Assembly: GCF_016433145.1 (NCBI RefSeq) | Contig: NC_058130.1 | Coordinates: 753,123,158 to 753,187,157 of the forward strand | Reading direction: 5' to 3' | Origin: Gracilinanus agilis | Taxonomy: Eukaryota | Length of the DNA stretch: 64,000 bases | Made by a program: the position numbers and the translations under genes | Part shown: positions 48,943 to 61,500 of the stretch, in pieces | Numbering within the stretch: the stretch's first letter is position 1 | How the letters are laid out: the number at the start of each line of letters is the position of its first letter | The notes under the pieces: model-generated | Database searches by the model: none | Seen by the model: the letters and a program-made list of their open reading frames with translations, nothing else | Told to the model about the DNA's origin: nothing

Positions 48943-49080
48943 TTTCTAATGTAGGTCATTAAAGGATGTGCGTATGAGGTTCTGGTAAGAAAATTTACTA
49001 ATTTTATTGACTTGTCAAAAAGTGTTGTTTCCCTATAAAGTTTGGAAGCTTAAGTCTGATTAAATCTGTTTGATTTCCAG

Positions 49081-49260
49081 AGTGAGGATGAAGCTGGTTG
49101 TAGTTCAGTTGATGAAGAAAGTTATAAAACTCTGAAGCAACAGGAAGAAGTATTTAGAAATCTGGATGCCCAGTATGAGATGGCAAGATCACAAACCCAC
49201 ACACAAAGAGGAATGGGATTGGGCTTCACATCTTCGATGCGGGGAATGGATGCAGTTTGA
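49081..49260 (+). CDS. RSRC2: RSRC2 exon 10 coding part, SEDEAGCSSVDEE...GFTSSMRGMDAV*
   Basis: 180 nt ending in TGA at 49258-49260; TTTCCAG acceptor. Confidence 0.97.
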   Translation, partial: SEDEAGCSSVDEESYKTLKQQEEVFRNLDAQYEMARSQTHTQRGMGLGFTSSMRGMDAV

Positions 49261-49326
49261 AAAAACATGATTTTAAAGTTTGGGACTTTGTGAAATTCTT
49301 GTTCTGATGTCAGGTCCTTGTTCACC

Positions 49327-49476
49327 NNNNNNNNNNNNNNNNNNNNNNNNNNNNNNNNNNNNNNNNNNNNNNNNNNNNNNNNNNNNNNNNNNNNNNNNNN
49401 NNNNNNNNNNNNNNNNNNNNNNNNNNNNNNNNNNNNNNNNNNNNNNNNNNNNNNNNNNNNNNNNNNNNNNNNNNNN
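49327..49476. other. Assembly gap (150 N) in RSRC2 3' UTR
   Basis: N run. Confidence 1.
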
Positions 49477-49815
49477 AAGGACAATATTTTTTAGTTAACA
49501 AGTTCTACTTTTCAAACAAATGTAAAGCTGCAGGTGGGGTAAAATCTCATACATGGATATTTCGTGTCCACTGTCTTGTGTACTTTTGTACTTAACCTTG
49601 TACAGTTATTTTCATCTCTTGAAACATGAAAGAAATGTTGTGTAGATGTTCTTTAGAAGATCTGGCCATTGGGCACATAGTCCAGCACAAAAAGCTGGAT
49701 GGTGATGATAATAAAAGATGTTTTTCTCAAAACTGGTGTTACTTTAAGTTCCCTGAAATCCTTGTTTGAATTGGTTTCTTTTATGGTTGCTACAGCATTT
49801 TGGTATAGTTTCTAA

Positions 49816-49821
49816 AATAAA
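49816..49821 (+). terminator. RSRC2: RSRC2 proximal poly(A) signal AATAAA
   Basis: AATAAA ~555 nt after the stop codon. Confidence 0.6.
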
Positions 49822-50042
49822 GACCAATTGGGAATTCCCTTTAATATAATAGACCTATGCTATAGCAAATACCATAATGAGGAAAAATGGGGGGTGGGGA
49901 CAGCAAAAGCCGAATTAAAAACTTAACTTTCACTGAAACAGTACTGTTCTTTGCTGCTGGGGGGGGGGTGTACAGTATTTGTTAAATACTCTGTTATTCA
50001 GGTATTAGATTAATGCATTAAGGGTGTAAGCACTTTTGTTAC

Positions 50043-50048
50043 AATAAA
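50043..50048 (+). terminator. RSRC2: RSRC2 distal poly(A) signal AATAAA
   Basis: AATAAA followed by GT-rich sequence (GTGTTATGTATG). Confidence 0.55.
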
Positions 50049-51339
50049 GTGCCTTAGAACAGAACAGTGTTATGTATGCACTTTGATCGATCAGCTTGAG
50101 TTTGGGCCGCTTCACCTCTGAGGTATCTATCCAGCCTTGCATACTAGGTGCATTATTGAAGACATACAGCTCTTGAAAACTGCTTTTGTCACTAAATGGA
50201 ATCAGGCATAACTCTGGAGTTTGTGATTTTGTATTGTTTGTTAGATTGGCAGAACATCACTGTAAAAGGATCCAAGTAACATGGCCATGGCTTTTGTGTT
50301 CTTTTTTAATTTCTATTAAATCCAGTTCCTTATGCTTTTTCTCTCATTACTTCCTGAAAGAAATCAATTAGGTGCACCTTTACAAAATAGATTCCAAAAA
50401 TGTTGCCTATAATGCTAAGTTTATGTGTGTTTGAATCCCATTTTCCTGTTGCCTTTTATGATAACATTAGAGATGGCTTCCTTCAGAAAAAAATATTAGC
50501 TACAGAATGGTAATAAAATCACACAATGCAGCAAAAAAGAAAAAATGGTGTTTTTCTGGTAAAGTAGTGGAACCCCTTGGTGATAAGATGACAAGCCCAA
50601 TAATATATTTAAGGGGAGCAATTTCAGTAAGCAGAACGTATTTTAGATTTGTTTCAAAATAAGCTCATATACGTTTCTAGCTCCTCTGAGAACTATTTGT
50701 TGATAATGTGCTGAAGATGGTGACTTTAACAATGTAAGAAGGAAAAAAAACACTTGAAGTAATTATAAGTGAGAGCACATTTACTGAAGTATTTTCTGAA
50801 GTCCTGAAAACTTAGTTCCTTTAAAAATTGTTATAATAGTAGATACATACAATGATTAATGATTCAAACCTCAAAAATGAACTTGCCTGGGAGTATGATT
50901 TAATTCCAAGTCTTCTGATTAGAATAAAGCGCCTTTATCCACCCCACCACCTATGTCAAAAGAGATTTTTAGACATGCTTGGGGGGAAAGAGAAAACAAA
51001 TTAGTTTCACATTCTCAGACCATGTAACTTAAGTATGGGAAAATTAAGAGGAGCCAAAGAAAGCTGTGCTAAATGGGAGGTTAATATGTGGCTTATTTAG
51101 ATAAAAAAGTACTTTTCCTACTGCTTCCTCAGTACTACCTGAGTACTTAAATGAGTTTAATTTTATGGTAGTTGGAAAGAATCTTAAGTTTTTGTTAATG
51201 GATTTTTTATTCGATAATTTAGCAAAATAGTAAAAATTTTAAGGAAAAATCAAATGGATGAAGAAGGCACTTCTGCTACCCAGGCTTGATACCAGTCTCT
51301 TATAAATAATAGTAAGCTGGTTTCATAATTAAAAACAGA

Positions 51340-52430
51340 CTGCAAAATTTGACTCAATAAGAATTCATTAATGAAGTCCATTGTGCCAAGTACTGGGAAT
51401 AAAAAAGGGGAAATGCACATTTCCTACTCTAACATGTATTCTCATGAGACTATGCAGACAACTTTGTATGTAAAATACAATGGGAGGCAATTTGAGGGAA
51501 GGCACTGGAAAGGCCAAGGAAGCAATTTAGGAAAAGGTAGAATTTAGCTGAATCTAGAGAAAGCCAAAGGCAAAGATGTGGTAAAGTATACCAAAAAATG
51601 GAGGAAACCAGTGAAAATAAAGACCAAGAATTTAAATGCCATGTGAAGGGTTTTATAATTAATCTTATAGATAATGAAGAGCCACTGAGAATCATGGCAC
51701 TGTGGTCTCAAAAGTCAAAATTTAGGATTCCCCAAATATCAAGGGGAAAAAATAATGATGGCATACTAGCAACTATATCATTTGAACAGTGGCATTGAAG
51801 GATATTTTCAAGAACAGACAGCCAGAAAAGTCAATGAGTTAGTAATATATCAAAAGTGAGGAAGATGGAAAACAATTTGAAACTATGCCTCAAGATTAGT
51901 ATTTTGACTTGGCTATGCCATTGCAGTAAAGAGGAAAAGGATATTCGGTATATGTAAAGCAGCTCTTTTTGCAATAACTAGGAATTGGAAACTAAAGGGG
52001 TGTCCTATTGGAGCATGGCTAAAAAAATTGAAATGCATATATAAATGTAATGTAGATTTATTTGTAGCAAAAGAAATTATGGAATGTACAGTATCCTAGG
52101 AAACTGGGAAAGCCTCTGAAGTTATTCAAAGGCAGCAAGACCAGTAGAATAATTCATACAGTGAAGACAGAGGGAGAGACGGAAATGGCAAACTACTTCA
52201 GTATCTTTACCAAGAAAAGCCCATACAGCATCAGGAAGAGTAGGACACAACTGAACATTATAGAGAGTAATATAGAATATTTTAGAATGATCAACAAATG
52301 ATAAAACCATGAGTCTAAAAGAATGAAGATGAAACACCACTCACTTGACAAGAAATAAATTTAAATATGGCCAATTTGGAGATTTATTTTGCTGATCTGT
52401 GGAGCTAGAAATTGAGAACTTTTTGTTTGT
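51340..52430 (+). mobile_element. L2 fragment followed by L1 3' fragment
   Basis: CATTGTGCCAAGTACTGGGAAT (L2 tail), GCAGCTCTTTTTGCAATAACTAGGAATTGGAAACTAAAGGGG (L1 ORF2 end). Confidence 0.55.
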
Positions 52431-53249
52431 CGACTCAGTTGAGGGGAGAAGCAGGAAAATGAATGGGACAGATTAATTTTTTCAAAAGATATTTGTGCTA
52501 AGATGCATCCATTTCAACATAATTTATTGCTATGCTGAAGTGGTGTCCTGAATTAAAACAGGCACTGAGCCGCACTGCCAAAGAAAAATGAAAATACACA
52601 TCTGGTTTTTAAAAAATAGCATTTGTATGCACTGCTTTAATAAGGTGGAATTGCTATTGATGTTAGGGAATAGTGAATATTTATTGAAAAAATTATGTGC
52701 CCAGGATTTAAAGCAGACAACATTTGTATTAATGCTTTCAATTTTAAGGCACAGGTAACAAAATTTTAAATTTGGGGGGGGGGTTTAAGTGAGGAAAAAT
52801 GGGCCATTAAGTGTTGTACTGGGTCCACCACAAATATGTCACAATCTCAACTTGGTCCTCACTGGAGCAAGGCAATCCTTTTTATACTTCTCTAATTGAC
52901 TCATTATTTCACTCACCACAGCTATTTTTCAGACCTTTTCATCTCCACGAAATTCCTCTAGTTGCTCCTTGATCCAACACTCTTGTCTGAGGACTTTGCC
53001 TCATTTCTTTGAACAAAATTAAAGTCATTTGCCAAGGGCTCCCTCTTCTCCTGTTCATTTCATGTTACTCAGATGATTACTCCATTTTCTTATCTACCTG
53101 TTTCACTTGAAGAGGTGGCCGTTCCTTTTGCCAAGCCAAACCCTTTTATATGCACAGGAGAGCCCTTTTCCATCCCTTCTCCAGCAGCTTGCCCCAAACC
53201 CATCATTCCTCTCTTATTAGTCCATTAGCTTTCACTTGCCTAATTTACT

Positions 53250-53510
53250 TTTGAAGGTATTTTCCTGAGTGAGCTTTTGTACCTTTTTTTCCATTTCTCC
53301 AATTCTGCTTTCTAAGAAGTTATTTTCATCAGTGAAGTTTTTTTAGTTGACCAATTCTGTTTTTTGAGGCATTTTTCTCAGTATTTTTGTGCCTCTTTTC
53401 CCAAGCTGTTGTCTTAATAATTTTCTTGCATTGTTTCTTTTCCTAGTTTCTCAACTACCCTTATTTTATTTTTTAAATCTTTTAACTCTTCCAAAAATTC
53501 TTATCTTGCT
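53250..53510 (-). mobile_element. L1 ORF1-region fragment
   Basis: T-rich antisense L1 ORF1-like text (CCAATTCTGCTTTCTAAG...). Confidence 0.55.
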
Positions 53511-53804
53511 CCCTTCCTCAACCCCAATGGCAAGCAATCCAGTATAGATTTTACATATTTAAATAGTGTAAAACATCTTCGAAGTTTTCAGTGAAAACAT
53601 CTCCCAACTTTTGAGACTTCTACATCATGCCTCATGAACCTCATCTCATCATCTTGCAAGGTCAAAGCAACTTTAATATTCATACACGATCAGTATCCTC
53701 TGACCTAAAAGAGCTTCTCCTCAAACCTTCATTTAAGGAGGGTGCCCAGGCTCTTCGTTTCCCACCATGCTACACTTCTCTGGATTGTTCCATTATGTCC
53801 CTAA

Positions 53805-54004
53805 AATTTTTTTTTTTTAATTTTTTTTAAACCCTTAACTTCTGTGTATTGGCTCCCAGGTGGAAGAGTGCTAAGGGTGGGCAATGGGGGTCAAGTGACT
53901 TGCCCAGGGTCACACAGCTGGGAAGTGTCTGAGGCCAGATTTGAACCTAGGACCTCCTGTCTCTAGGCCTGGCTCTCAATCCACTGAGCTACCCAGCTGC
54001 CCCC
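53805..54004 (-). mobile_element. Young SINE
   Basis: TSD GTCCCTAA. Confidence 0.9.
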
Positions 54005-54432
54005 GTCCCTAACTTTCTTTACCCTATCCTTCTTCAGCTTTCTTTTATGTTGTCTTCTTCATTAAAAGATAGGTTCCTTGAGGGCAGGGACTATTTTTCA
54101 TATTTACATTTACTCCAGTTTTTAACACAGTAACTAGTTCATAATAGATACAATACATTTATTGACTGACATGCAGAAAAAGGTTCTTTGGTTCATCCCA
54201 AGAGCCAAGTGAGAACTTTGATTACTCCTATCTTCACAATGACCTCCAAAATCATAAAAGGTTTTGGACTAATTTTTCCAATTGTAAATATACTATGTTG
54301 TAGAATGTCAGCTTCTTAAGGTCAGGAACTATTTTGTTTTTAGCTTTGGATCTTGAGTACCCAGCAACATGCCTATATATGGTATATGTATATATAATAA
54401 TGTATATAATAGAGAAAAAAAATTAATCTAGT

Positions 54433-54539
54433 CTTGTATTGGCAAACCTATGGCATGTGTGCCAGAGGGGGCTGCTCTCTTTCCCCTCTCCACCACACCT
54501 GAGGACATTTCTCATATCACCCACCTCTCTGCCCAGCCC
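54433..54539. mobile_element. Truncated copy of the 20981 hAT MITE
   Basis: TGGCAAACCTATG...CACCTGAGGACATTTCTC shared with 20987-21060. Confidence 0.8.
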
Positions 54540-55800
54540 TAATTTTTGGACATGGAATTCAGGTAATTTGACAATTCTTAATTTGTTTTCTTCTCAGTCT
54601 GTTTTCTAGGTAAGTTGTTTATGCTATGAGATGCCTTACATCTTTTTTTTTTTTGTGCAGTCTATAACTTTGGTTTATTATTTATTTTATCATGGAGTCA
54701 TTGGCTTCTGGATGATTCATTCTAATTTTCAGGGAGTTGGTTGTTTGAGAAAGGTTTTATACCTCTTCTGGTAAACTGTCCATTCATTCGCTTTTCCATA
54801 ATTCTCATTTCTTTTCCAATTTTTCCTTCTAGTGAGCTCATTGCATTGACAAAAACTTTTAACTTTTATTTAAAACTTGCTTCATCTCTTCCAAACTTCC
54901 TAATTGAATTTGTGCCTTTGTTGCACTTTTCTTTGAGGTTTTTGCTTGTAGATATTTTGGAGTCATTCTCTTCTGGGTTTCTGTCTTAAGCATCTCTGTC
55001 ACCCTAACAGTTTTTTATGGTGAGACTCTTTCCTTTGTTCACTCTTCCAGCCTACTTCCTCATTTGACTTGAGGTTAGGACCAGGCTCTGTGCATTTCCA
55101 TTGGGAAGGTCTGGATTGGTCCTTTTGTTGCTTTCTTAAGATACAAAATATTATCCTCCCCAGGCTGAGAATCTGGATGCTTTCAGTTCTCCTAAAGTGG
55201 TATGATTCAGAATAAAGGCTAATTGCTGTCCCACTGATTAGAGCTCTACAAGCTCTTGATTTGGGTTTGGGTCTAAGTAACAGTTGATAGTTGCTAGACT
55301 CTGTGACTATCAACAAGCTGAGGAACTCTGCTGTTCAGTAACAAAACTACAGACTCTCCTTGGTTCTGGAATTCCTATCCTTGTTCTATACAGCCCATGG
55401 CCTGTGCTAGAGGAGGTAGGTGTGGGACAGATCCCCTTCTGTCTCATCTAGATGCGTGACCCATAACTCTAGGCAACCAAGCTGTTCTGTTGGTACTTGT
55501 CCCTGCTGTTCCCTTGAAGGGAAGATTTCCTCTTCCTCCTTTACATAGCTTCTCAAGCTGAAATGCTCCCCATAGCTGGTGGATTCTATACCATATGTTA
55601 TCCCCAAAGACCTGTGTTATCCTATGCAAGTCCAGGCTGGAAAAGTAAGTACATGACTTTGCCTGGGATTTCCCCATCAGGTGTGTTTTCTAAAACTGGA
55701 GGAACTGAGGAAGGGAAGGGGAGGGAGCTCACAGTACTACTTCCCTCTAGTGGGAAGATGACATATCACTTCTCTCACTTCTGTGTGAAGAGACCCACAT
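54540..55800 (-). mobile_element. Decayed L1 5'UTR/ORF1 fragment
   Basis: CTGTCACCCTAACAGTTTTTTATGGTGAGACTC and ORF1-like antisense text; explains several short ORFs. Confidence 0.6.
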
Positions 55801-56937
55801 GCTATTTGACAGGATTGGTACGTTTAGTTTTGCTCCTCTGCTTTTTTTTCTTCATTCTTCTTTTTGGAAGTGATGATTTTCTGGGAGGGCAAGGGGAAAA
55901 TACTGGGAAATAAAGGGGATCTTTAAAAACCACATCAATAAAATTTCAAAATAAAGAAGCAGGTGTTGCCACCTCAAGCAAAAAATAAAATTGGGAATAA
56001 ATACTAAACAAAACTTGCTTTACATTAAAAAAAAAAAAAACTCTTACCCTCTGTCTTAGAATTGATCCTAAGTATTGATTCAAAGGCAGAAGAACAAATA
56101 AGAACTAGGCAATGTGGGTTAAGTGACTCACCCAGGGTCACACAGTTAGTTAAGTGTCTGAGGCCATATTTGAAACCAGGGCCTCTGGTCTCCATGCCTG
56201 GGTCTCCCACTCTCCCAAGCTGCCCCTTATATTTACACTTAAATCAGAAATTCTTAACTTGTTCTGTGTCTCAGATCCCTCTGGAAATCTATGGTAGCAA
56301 ACAGACCCTTTCTCAAAATCATATATTTAAATGCACATAATTTTATAAAATACATAGGACCCGAAAGGAAATCAATTACAATGAAATAGCCATTAAAATG
56401 TTTAAAAAACAACTTTACAGAGCCCAATTTAAGCCCTCCCCCGCCCCCCATTAAATTTCTTTTTCTGTCGCTCCCTCCCCCACTGTGCATTCTTTCTCCA
56501 TCCCTTCTGCCGCTCCACGGTCGTGTTCCGCTGATGTTCTGAACTTTCTCCTCTTGCTTCACATTCCAAGAAGGCCTCTCCAGAGCTACGTTCCAAATGC
56601 GCCCCTGCGCATACGGTCCGGTTCCCGGGATTTCCGAGCCACCAGAGCCAATCCCAGCATGCAATGTGAACAATGGGCGCCCAGATTCTTTCCCACCCCT
56701 CCCAATCCCCTTGTACTGTGTCAAACCACAAGTCCCGGCATGCCTGGCGTCCCAACCATCCCGACTCCCGCCTTCGGCGGACTATTGTCTTCTGGGAGGT
56801 GTAGTCCAGCTAGCTAGTTTAAAAGCAGGTCTTCAGGAAGCTGGCCGTTCCGGGAAACCGTCCTCAGTGTCCCTGGTCGGAGGCGCCGCTCTTCCCCGTC
56901 GCCCCGCCCCTTCTCCCGTCTCTCCCAGAGCGCCAAG

Positions 56938-57181
56938 ATGGCGGCCGAGGTGGACTTCGGTGACCGGGAGCTGTTCGAGGCGTTCGGTGGCGACGACGAA
57001 GCGCCCCGGGAGCCCGTTCACATCCGATTCGGGGCGGAGGAGAGCACTGAGGAGATGGCTGAAGGCGAGAGGGACGAGGACGACGAGATGCCTCAGGCGG
57101 AGGCGAATGGCGTCGAGGACGAGGAGCTGCGCGAGCGGCTGCGCCGCTATGAGGAGACCATCGAGCAGCTCCGAGCCGAGA
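56938..57181 (+). CDS. ZCCHC8: ZCCHC8 exon 1 coding part, MAAEVDFGDRELFEAF...LRRYEETIEQLRAE + A
   Basis: Matches recalled human MAAEVYFGDLELFEPF...EETIEQLRAE; ends at a U12 donor (ATATCCTTC, 57182); known gene order RSRC2-ZCCHC8. The ORF-track extension to 57399 is intronic. Confidence 0.93.
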
Positions 57182-57190
57182 ATATCCTTC
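57182..57190 (+). other. ZCCHC8: U12-type (minor spliceosome) AT-AC 5' splice site of ZCCHC8 intron 1
   Basis: ATATCCTTC matches consensus RTATCCTTT exactly where homology with the human protein stops (phase 1). Confidence 0.88.
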
Positions 57191-57613
57191 TGGCCCAGGG
57201 TCATTCTTTCTGTCTGTCAGTCCCGCTGCTCCGAGCGGCAGTAGCGAGGCTGGGCAGAAATCCACCCCGCCCGAGGAGGCCTCGGGGCCCGGTGACGTCA
57301 GGCCCGCCTTCCCGTCTGGGCGTCCCCCGGGGGCCGGCGGGAGGGGTGGGTTTGGGGGACCCCGCGCCTAGAGGCCGCGCCTCTGCCTGCTCGCCTTAAT
57401 TAGGCGCCTGCTGTGTGCGTGCTCCCCGCTCTCCAGGCGCTCAAGTTGCGACAAGAGAGGAGACCACGTGTAAGCAGATGAGTTATAAATTAATCAGCCT
57501 GCTTTTATTAAGCGCCTGCTGGATGACAGGTACTGGGGGTGCCCCTCCTGCCCTCCAGCTGCTTAAGGTATGCGGGGTGGGGAGACCGCGGATAAGTAAA
57601 TAAGTTAATCAGC

Positions 57614-57812
57614 GGGGAAAGCTAAGTGGCCCCGTTGGATAGAGGGCCAGGCCTGGAGACGGGAAATCCTAGGTTCAAATTTGATCTCAGACACTTCCTA
57701 TCTGGGTGACCCAGGGCAAGTCACTTAACCCCCATTGCCCAGCCCTTACCGCTGTTCTGCCTTGGAACTAATTCACAGTACTGATACCAAGACGCAGGGT
57801 AAGGGCTTAAAA
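57614..57812 (+). mobile_element. SINE in ZCCHC8 intron 1
   Basis: Same family core GGTTCAAAT...GGCAAGTCACTTAACCCCCATTGCC. Confidence 0.85.
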
Positions 57813-58140
57813 GCACATTGATTAATTTTTTAAAAAAATTTAAGCGCCTGCTGGGGATCTGACACTTGGGGTGGGTGTGGGGGTAGGGCTTGTCTTTCCT
57901 AGAAAGAGAAAATCGAGTTAGCTGACCAGTACTAGTTAATTCAATGCCTACTATAGGACCTGAGAATGTCCCCCTGACTTCTCACTCCTTACATCTGTGG
58001 GGTAGAGACAGAAAGAAGAACAATTGAGTGCCTCATAATCTGCAGATATTTACTCTTGATTATTCCCAGCTTTTTTCCATCTATAACTTGTTCTTGGATA
58101 GCTGTTTGCATGTTACCCCTATCTCCCCAAGGTCAGGGAC

Positions 58141-58342
58141 TTTTTTTTTAAACCCTTACCTTTTATTTTAGAATTGATACTAAGTATCAGTTCCAAGGCA
58201 GAAGAGCAATAAGGGCCAGGCAGTTGGGTTTAAGTGACTTACCCAGGGTCTTACTTACAGCTAAGAAGTGTCTGAGGCCACAATTGAAATCCAGGGCCTC
58301 TCCATCTTTAGGCCTGGCTCACTGAGCCACCCAGTTGCCCCT
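58141..58342 (-). mobile_element. SINE in ZCCHC8 intron 1, inverted relative to 57614
   Basis: Family core on the minus strand; near-TSD TCAGGGACT/TTAGGGACT. Confidence 0.85.
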
Positions 58343-59269
58343 TAGGGACTCTTTTTGCCTTTCTTTGTACTCTTAGGGTTTGCCTAGTGCTTGGCATGGA
58401 GTAGGCAAGTGATACATGTTTATTGATTGACTCTCAATTCCCTTATACTCCAGGAACCTGGGGAGTTGAGGGAAAGAGAGAAGAAAATACTGAAGCAGAT
58501 GATTATTAGCTAATCCAAAAACATTTATTAAGCCCTTACTGTGCCAGGAATTGGGGACCCAGGGATGAAATTTGGCCCTTCCCTTCCAGTTCTACTGATG
58601 GGAAGACCATCTGTAGATATAAAGATAATTAGTTAACCCAACAAGCATTTTACTAAATTCTGAGGATGCAGAGACCAGAATAGTCCCTTCTTTCCTCGAA
58701 CTTATGTGCTACTGGTGGATAGAAGGGGAGAAAATACTCCCAACAACAAAAGTATACCCAGATGGATGAGTATATCCTCCTGGTCATCCCATGAACAAGA
58801 GACTATTTCTTGTCTCTAGACATTTTCTCTGGTTGTCCCCCCATACCTGAAATGCTCTCCCTCCTCTTTCCCTGTTGACTTCCCTGGATTCCTTCAAGTC
58901 TCAATTAAAATCCCACCTTCTACTAGAAGCCTTTTCCAACCCTCCCCCCTTAATTCTAGAACTTTTCTTCTGTCATTTCTTTCCTATTGATCCTGCATAT
59001 GCTTGATTTGTGTATATTTATTTGCTTGTTGTTTCTCCATTAGACTGTGAGCTCCTTGAGGGCAGAGCCTGTTTTGTTGTTGTTGTTTGTTCTCCCCCTC
59101 CCCCTTCTTTTTGTATCCCCAGTACTTAGCACAGTGACTGGAATAATTAAGGGCTTAATAAATGTTTGCTGAGTCAGCAAACTGGGGGTGCCCAGCCTGA
59201 AAGGATACACTAGATACACCTCCCTCCCCTCCCCCCCAAAAAAAGGTGTGTGTGTGTATTTACAAGCCC

Positions 59270-59570
59270 AGAGATATTCCTTTCATATCAAGGGATTAGG
59301 GGTATGGTGCCCTTGTGATTCAGAAAATCCACATAAAATTTTGCTGGTTTTTTAGTTCTTTTTGCAAATTTTAACTTTAAAAAAGAAATTGTTTACATTT
59401 ATGGTATTAAAAGATAAAATGTGTTAATATTATACACTGCTATACATATGTCATGCATTTGAGTTTCTAAACTTTTTCTGTGTCGTCTGCAGCTTCCACA
59501 AAAATTCCTACTTAATTTTCTATGCCACAACCTTCAATATATTGAAACCCATAATAGGGAAAGGATAAAT
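59270..59570. mobile_element. Second copy of the Tigger-like MITE, opposite orientation
   Basis: GGATTAGGGGT...TGTGATTCAGAAAATCCACATAA matches the reverse complement of 48875-48920. Confidence 0.6.
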
Positions 59571-59859
59571 TTGTGTACTATTGTATTTGTCTGGTTATTT
59601 GTTTGGGGACACCTGGTAATTTTTCTCCCAAGCGGGAAAGTGCAACTAGGGTGGGTACTGTTTAGCCGAATCCAAATGACTTGATAATGAAGGTGGTTTG
59701 AAGATTTTCTTTTTCTATATGACTGGTATATAGTGGGCAGCCCAGTGCTCTGAACACACCAAGTTAGGTTTGTTTTCTACCTAATTAGAAGCTTAATGAG
59801 GATAGATAACAATCTTATCTAGATTTTATATTTTCTCTTGTAATTTTCCCACAAGTAGT

Positions 59860-61500
59860 CAATTCAGTTTTTCGAATGTTTAGTTAGTGTCTTCTATGTT
59901 CAAGTACTTTAAATACCAAACAGCATTTTATATTTGATTCTGGAAGTAATAGGGAACCATTGGAGTTCAATAAATAGCTGGGAATCACATGGTTAGACCT
60001 ATGCTTTAGGAAAATTTGGTAGCTTAGTGGAAGAATGGATTGGAATGAGGAGAGACTTGAAACAGAAAGGTCAATTAGAAGATTTTTTTTTGTCACCATC
60101 CAAGTATGAAGTGATAAGAGTATAAACTAGGGTGTTGGCTTTGAGTGTAGAGAAGGGGACACAAACAAAAAATGTGACAGTAGTAATAAGAGTTGGATAT
60201 GGATTAGACACATTGTGTGAGTAAAAAAGAGGAGCCTTGATAAGTAGAAAGAGTTTTGGCTATAAATATACTATATAAATATACTTTTGACTATAAATAA
60301 GAGAGAAAGGTTTGAGAGGAACCTGAGTTCTGTTTTGGATATGTTGCATTTCAGATTTTTACAGACAAAAGACAGTTGGTAGTGTGGGATTAGAGCTTCG
60401 GACTAGAAAGGTAGGCTCTAGGAATCATCCTCATAGAGATGTTAATTATGTGAATTGATGAGATTGACTATGGGTAATAGTTTAGAGGAAGACTGGGACC
60501 AGGACTGTCTTCAGGGACACCCATTTTTTGGGGGGAGGGGAGATGACTTGAATGAACTAAAATATTGAGAAAGCAGTTAGAGGGAAGAGAACCAGGAGAA
60601 AGCAGAGGGGACATTATTCAAGGGAAGATAGATGATCAAAAGTGTCAGAGACAGTAGAGAGATCAAGAAAGAAGAGGTTTGAGAAAAAGCCATTGAATTT
60701 GGTGGTTAGAGTACTGGTAACATTGGAGAGAATAGTTGAATGGTAAAGTTAAGAAGCCAGATTACCAAGGGTCTAAAATTGAGAGGAAAGGAAATGGAGG
60801 TCCTCTGGTTTAGCTGTGAAGAAGGGGGAGAGATATGGACTGATAGATAGTGGGGATGAACAGATCAAGTGAAGATTTTATATGGTTGAGGGAGAAAGGA
60901 GAGTGTTTGTAAGCCTTGGAAGCAGCCAGTATAGGGAAAAATAATAGAGCAGAGAATGTAGGAATAATGAGCTTGAATCTCACGGTTGCATAAGAGAAAG
61001 ATTTGCCATAGTAAGTTGGGGGGGGGTGGAGACACCTCTTCATATGAGACAATAAAGGAAGGTGTCTAAGTGATGGGAAAGGAAAGAGCTCTCAATAAAT
61101 GGTCTCAGTTGTTTGGTCAAATATGAGAATGAAGGGGTGATGCTGGAGAGGCTTGCAGAAAGATGAAAAAGTTTGCAACATCCTCTGTGGCTGGCAGATC
61201 CAATCAGAAATGTAAAAAGACTACCTTGCTGTGGTGAGGACCTACTTAGTAGTCTAGTAGCAAATTTATAGCAGACCCAGCTGGTCTAGTTTCATGATTT
61301 TTCTCCAGCTCTGAGCAATGTGAAGTGAAGGTAGACTGATGATGGAAGTAATCCCAGGCTACAGAAATGTAAAGGGTCATTTTTCCTGCACTTAGGAACT
61401 TAACTTGGGGAATAAGTGAGGGGGAGAAATGTGGGGACGTCAATAAATCAGTCAACATTTATAAAATTTCCACTATTTTCTAGGCAACTGTGCTAAACTC
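59860..61500 (+). mobile_element. Decayed L2 in ZCCHC8 intron 1
   Basis: GGAAGTAATAGGGAACCATTGGAG, TTTTGGATATGTTGCATTT, GAGAAAAAGCCATTGAATTTGG motifs. Confidence 0.6.

Larger units (their letters stand above)
56480..57610 (+). promoter_or_regulatory. ZCCHC8 CpG-island promoter
   Basis: CpG-rich; ZNF143/SBS-like motifs AATCCCAGCATGCA (56650-56663), ACCACAAGTCCCGGCATGCC (56725-56744) and, on the minus strand, GGACTACACCTCCCAGA (56791-56807); NRF1-like TGCGCAT (~56608); YY1 CAAGATGGCGGC over the start codon (56934-56945). Confidence 0.85.

Noticed and set aside
57559-57567. Possible 9-nt micro-exon CTGCTTAAG (CCCTCCAG|...|GTATGC) in ZCCHC8 intron 1
   Set aside because: It lies inside a U12-type intron whose AT donor would not normally join a U2 AG acceptor; there is no other support
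56254-57603. Long ORFs including 56597..57244 (215 aa) and the full 153-aa 56938..57399 ORF
   Set aside because: CpG-island shadow frames; only 56938-57181 matches ZCCHC8, the rest is intron read-through
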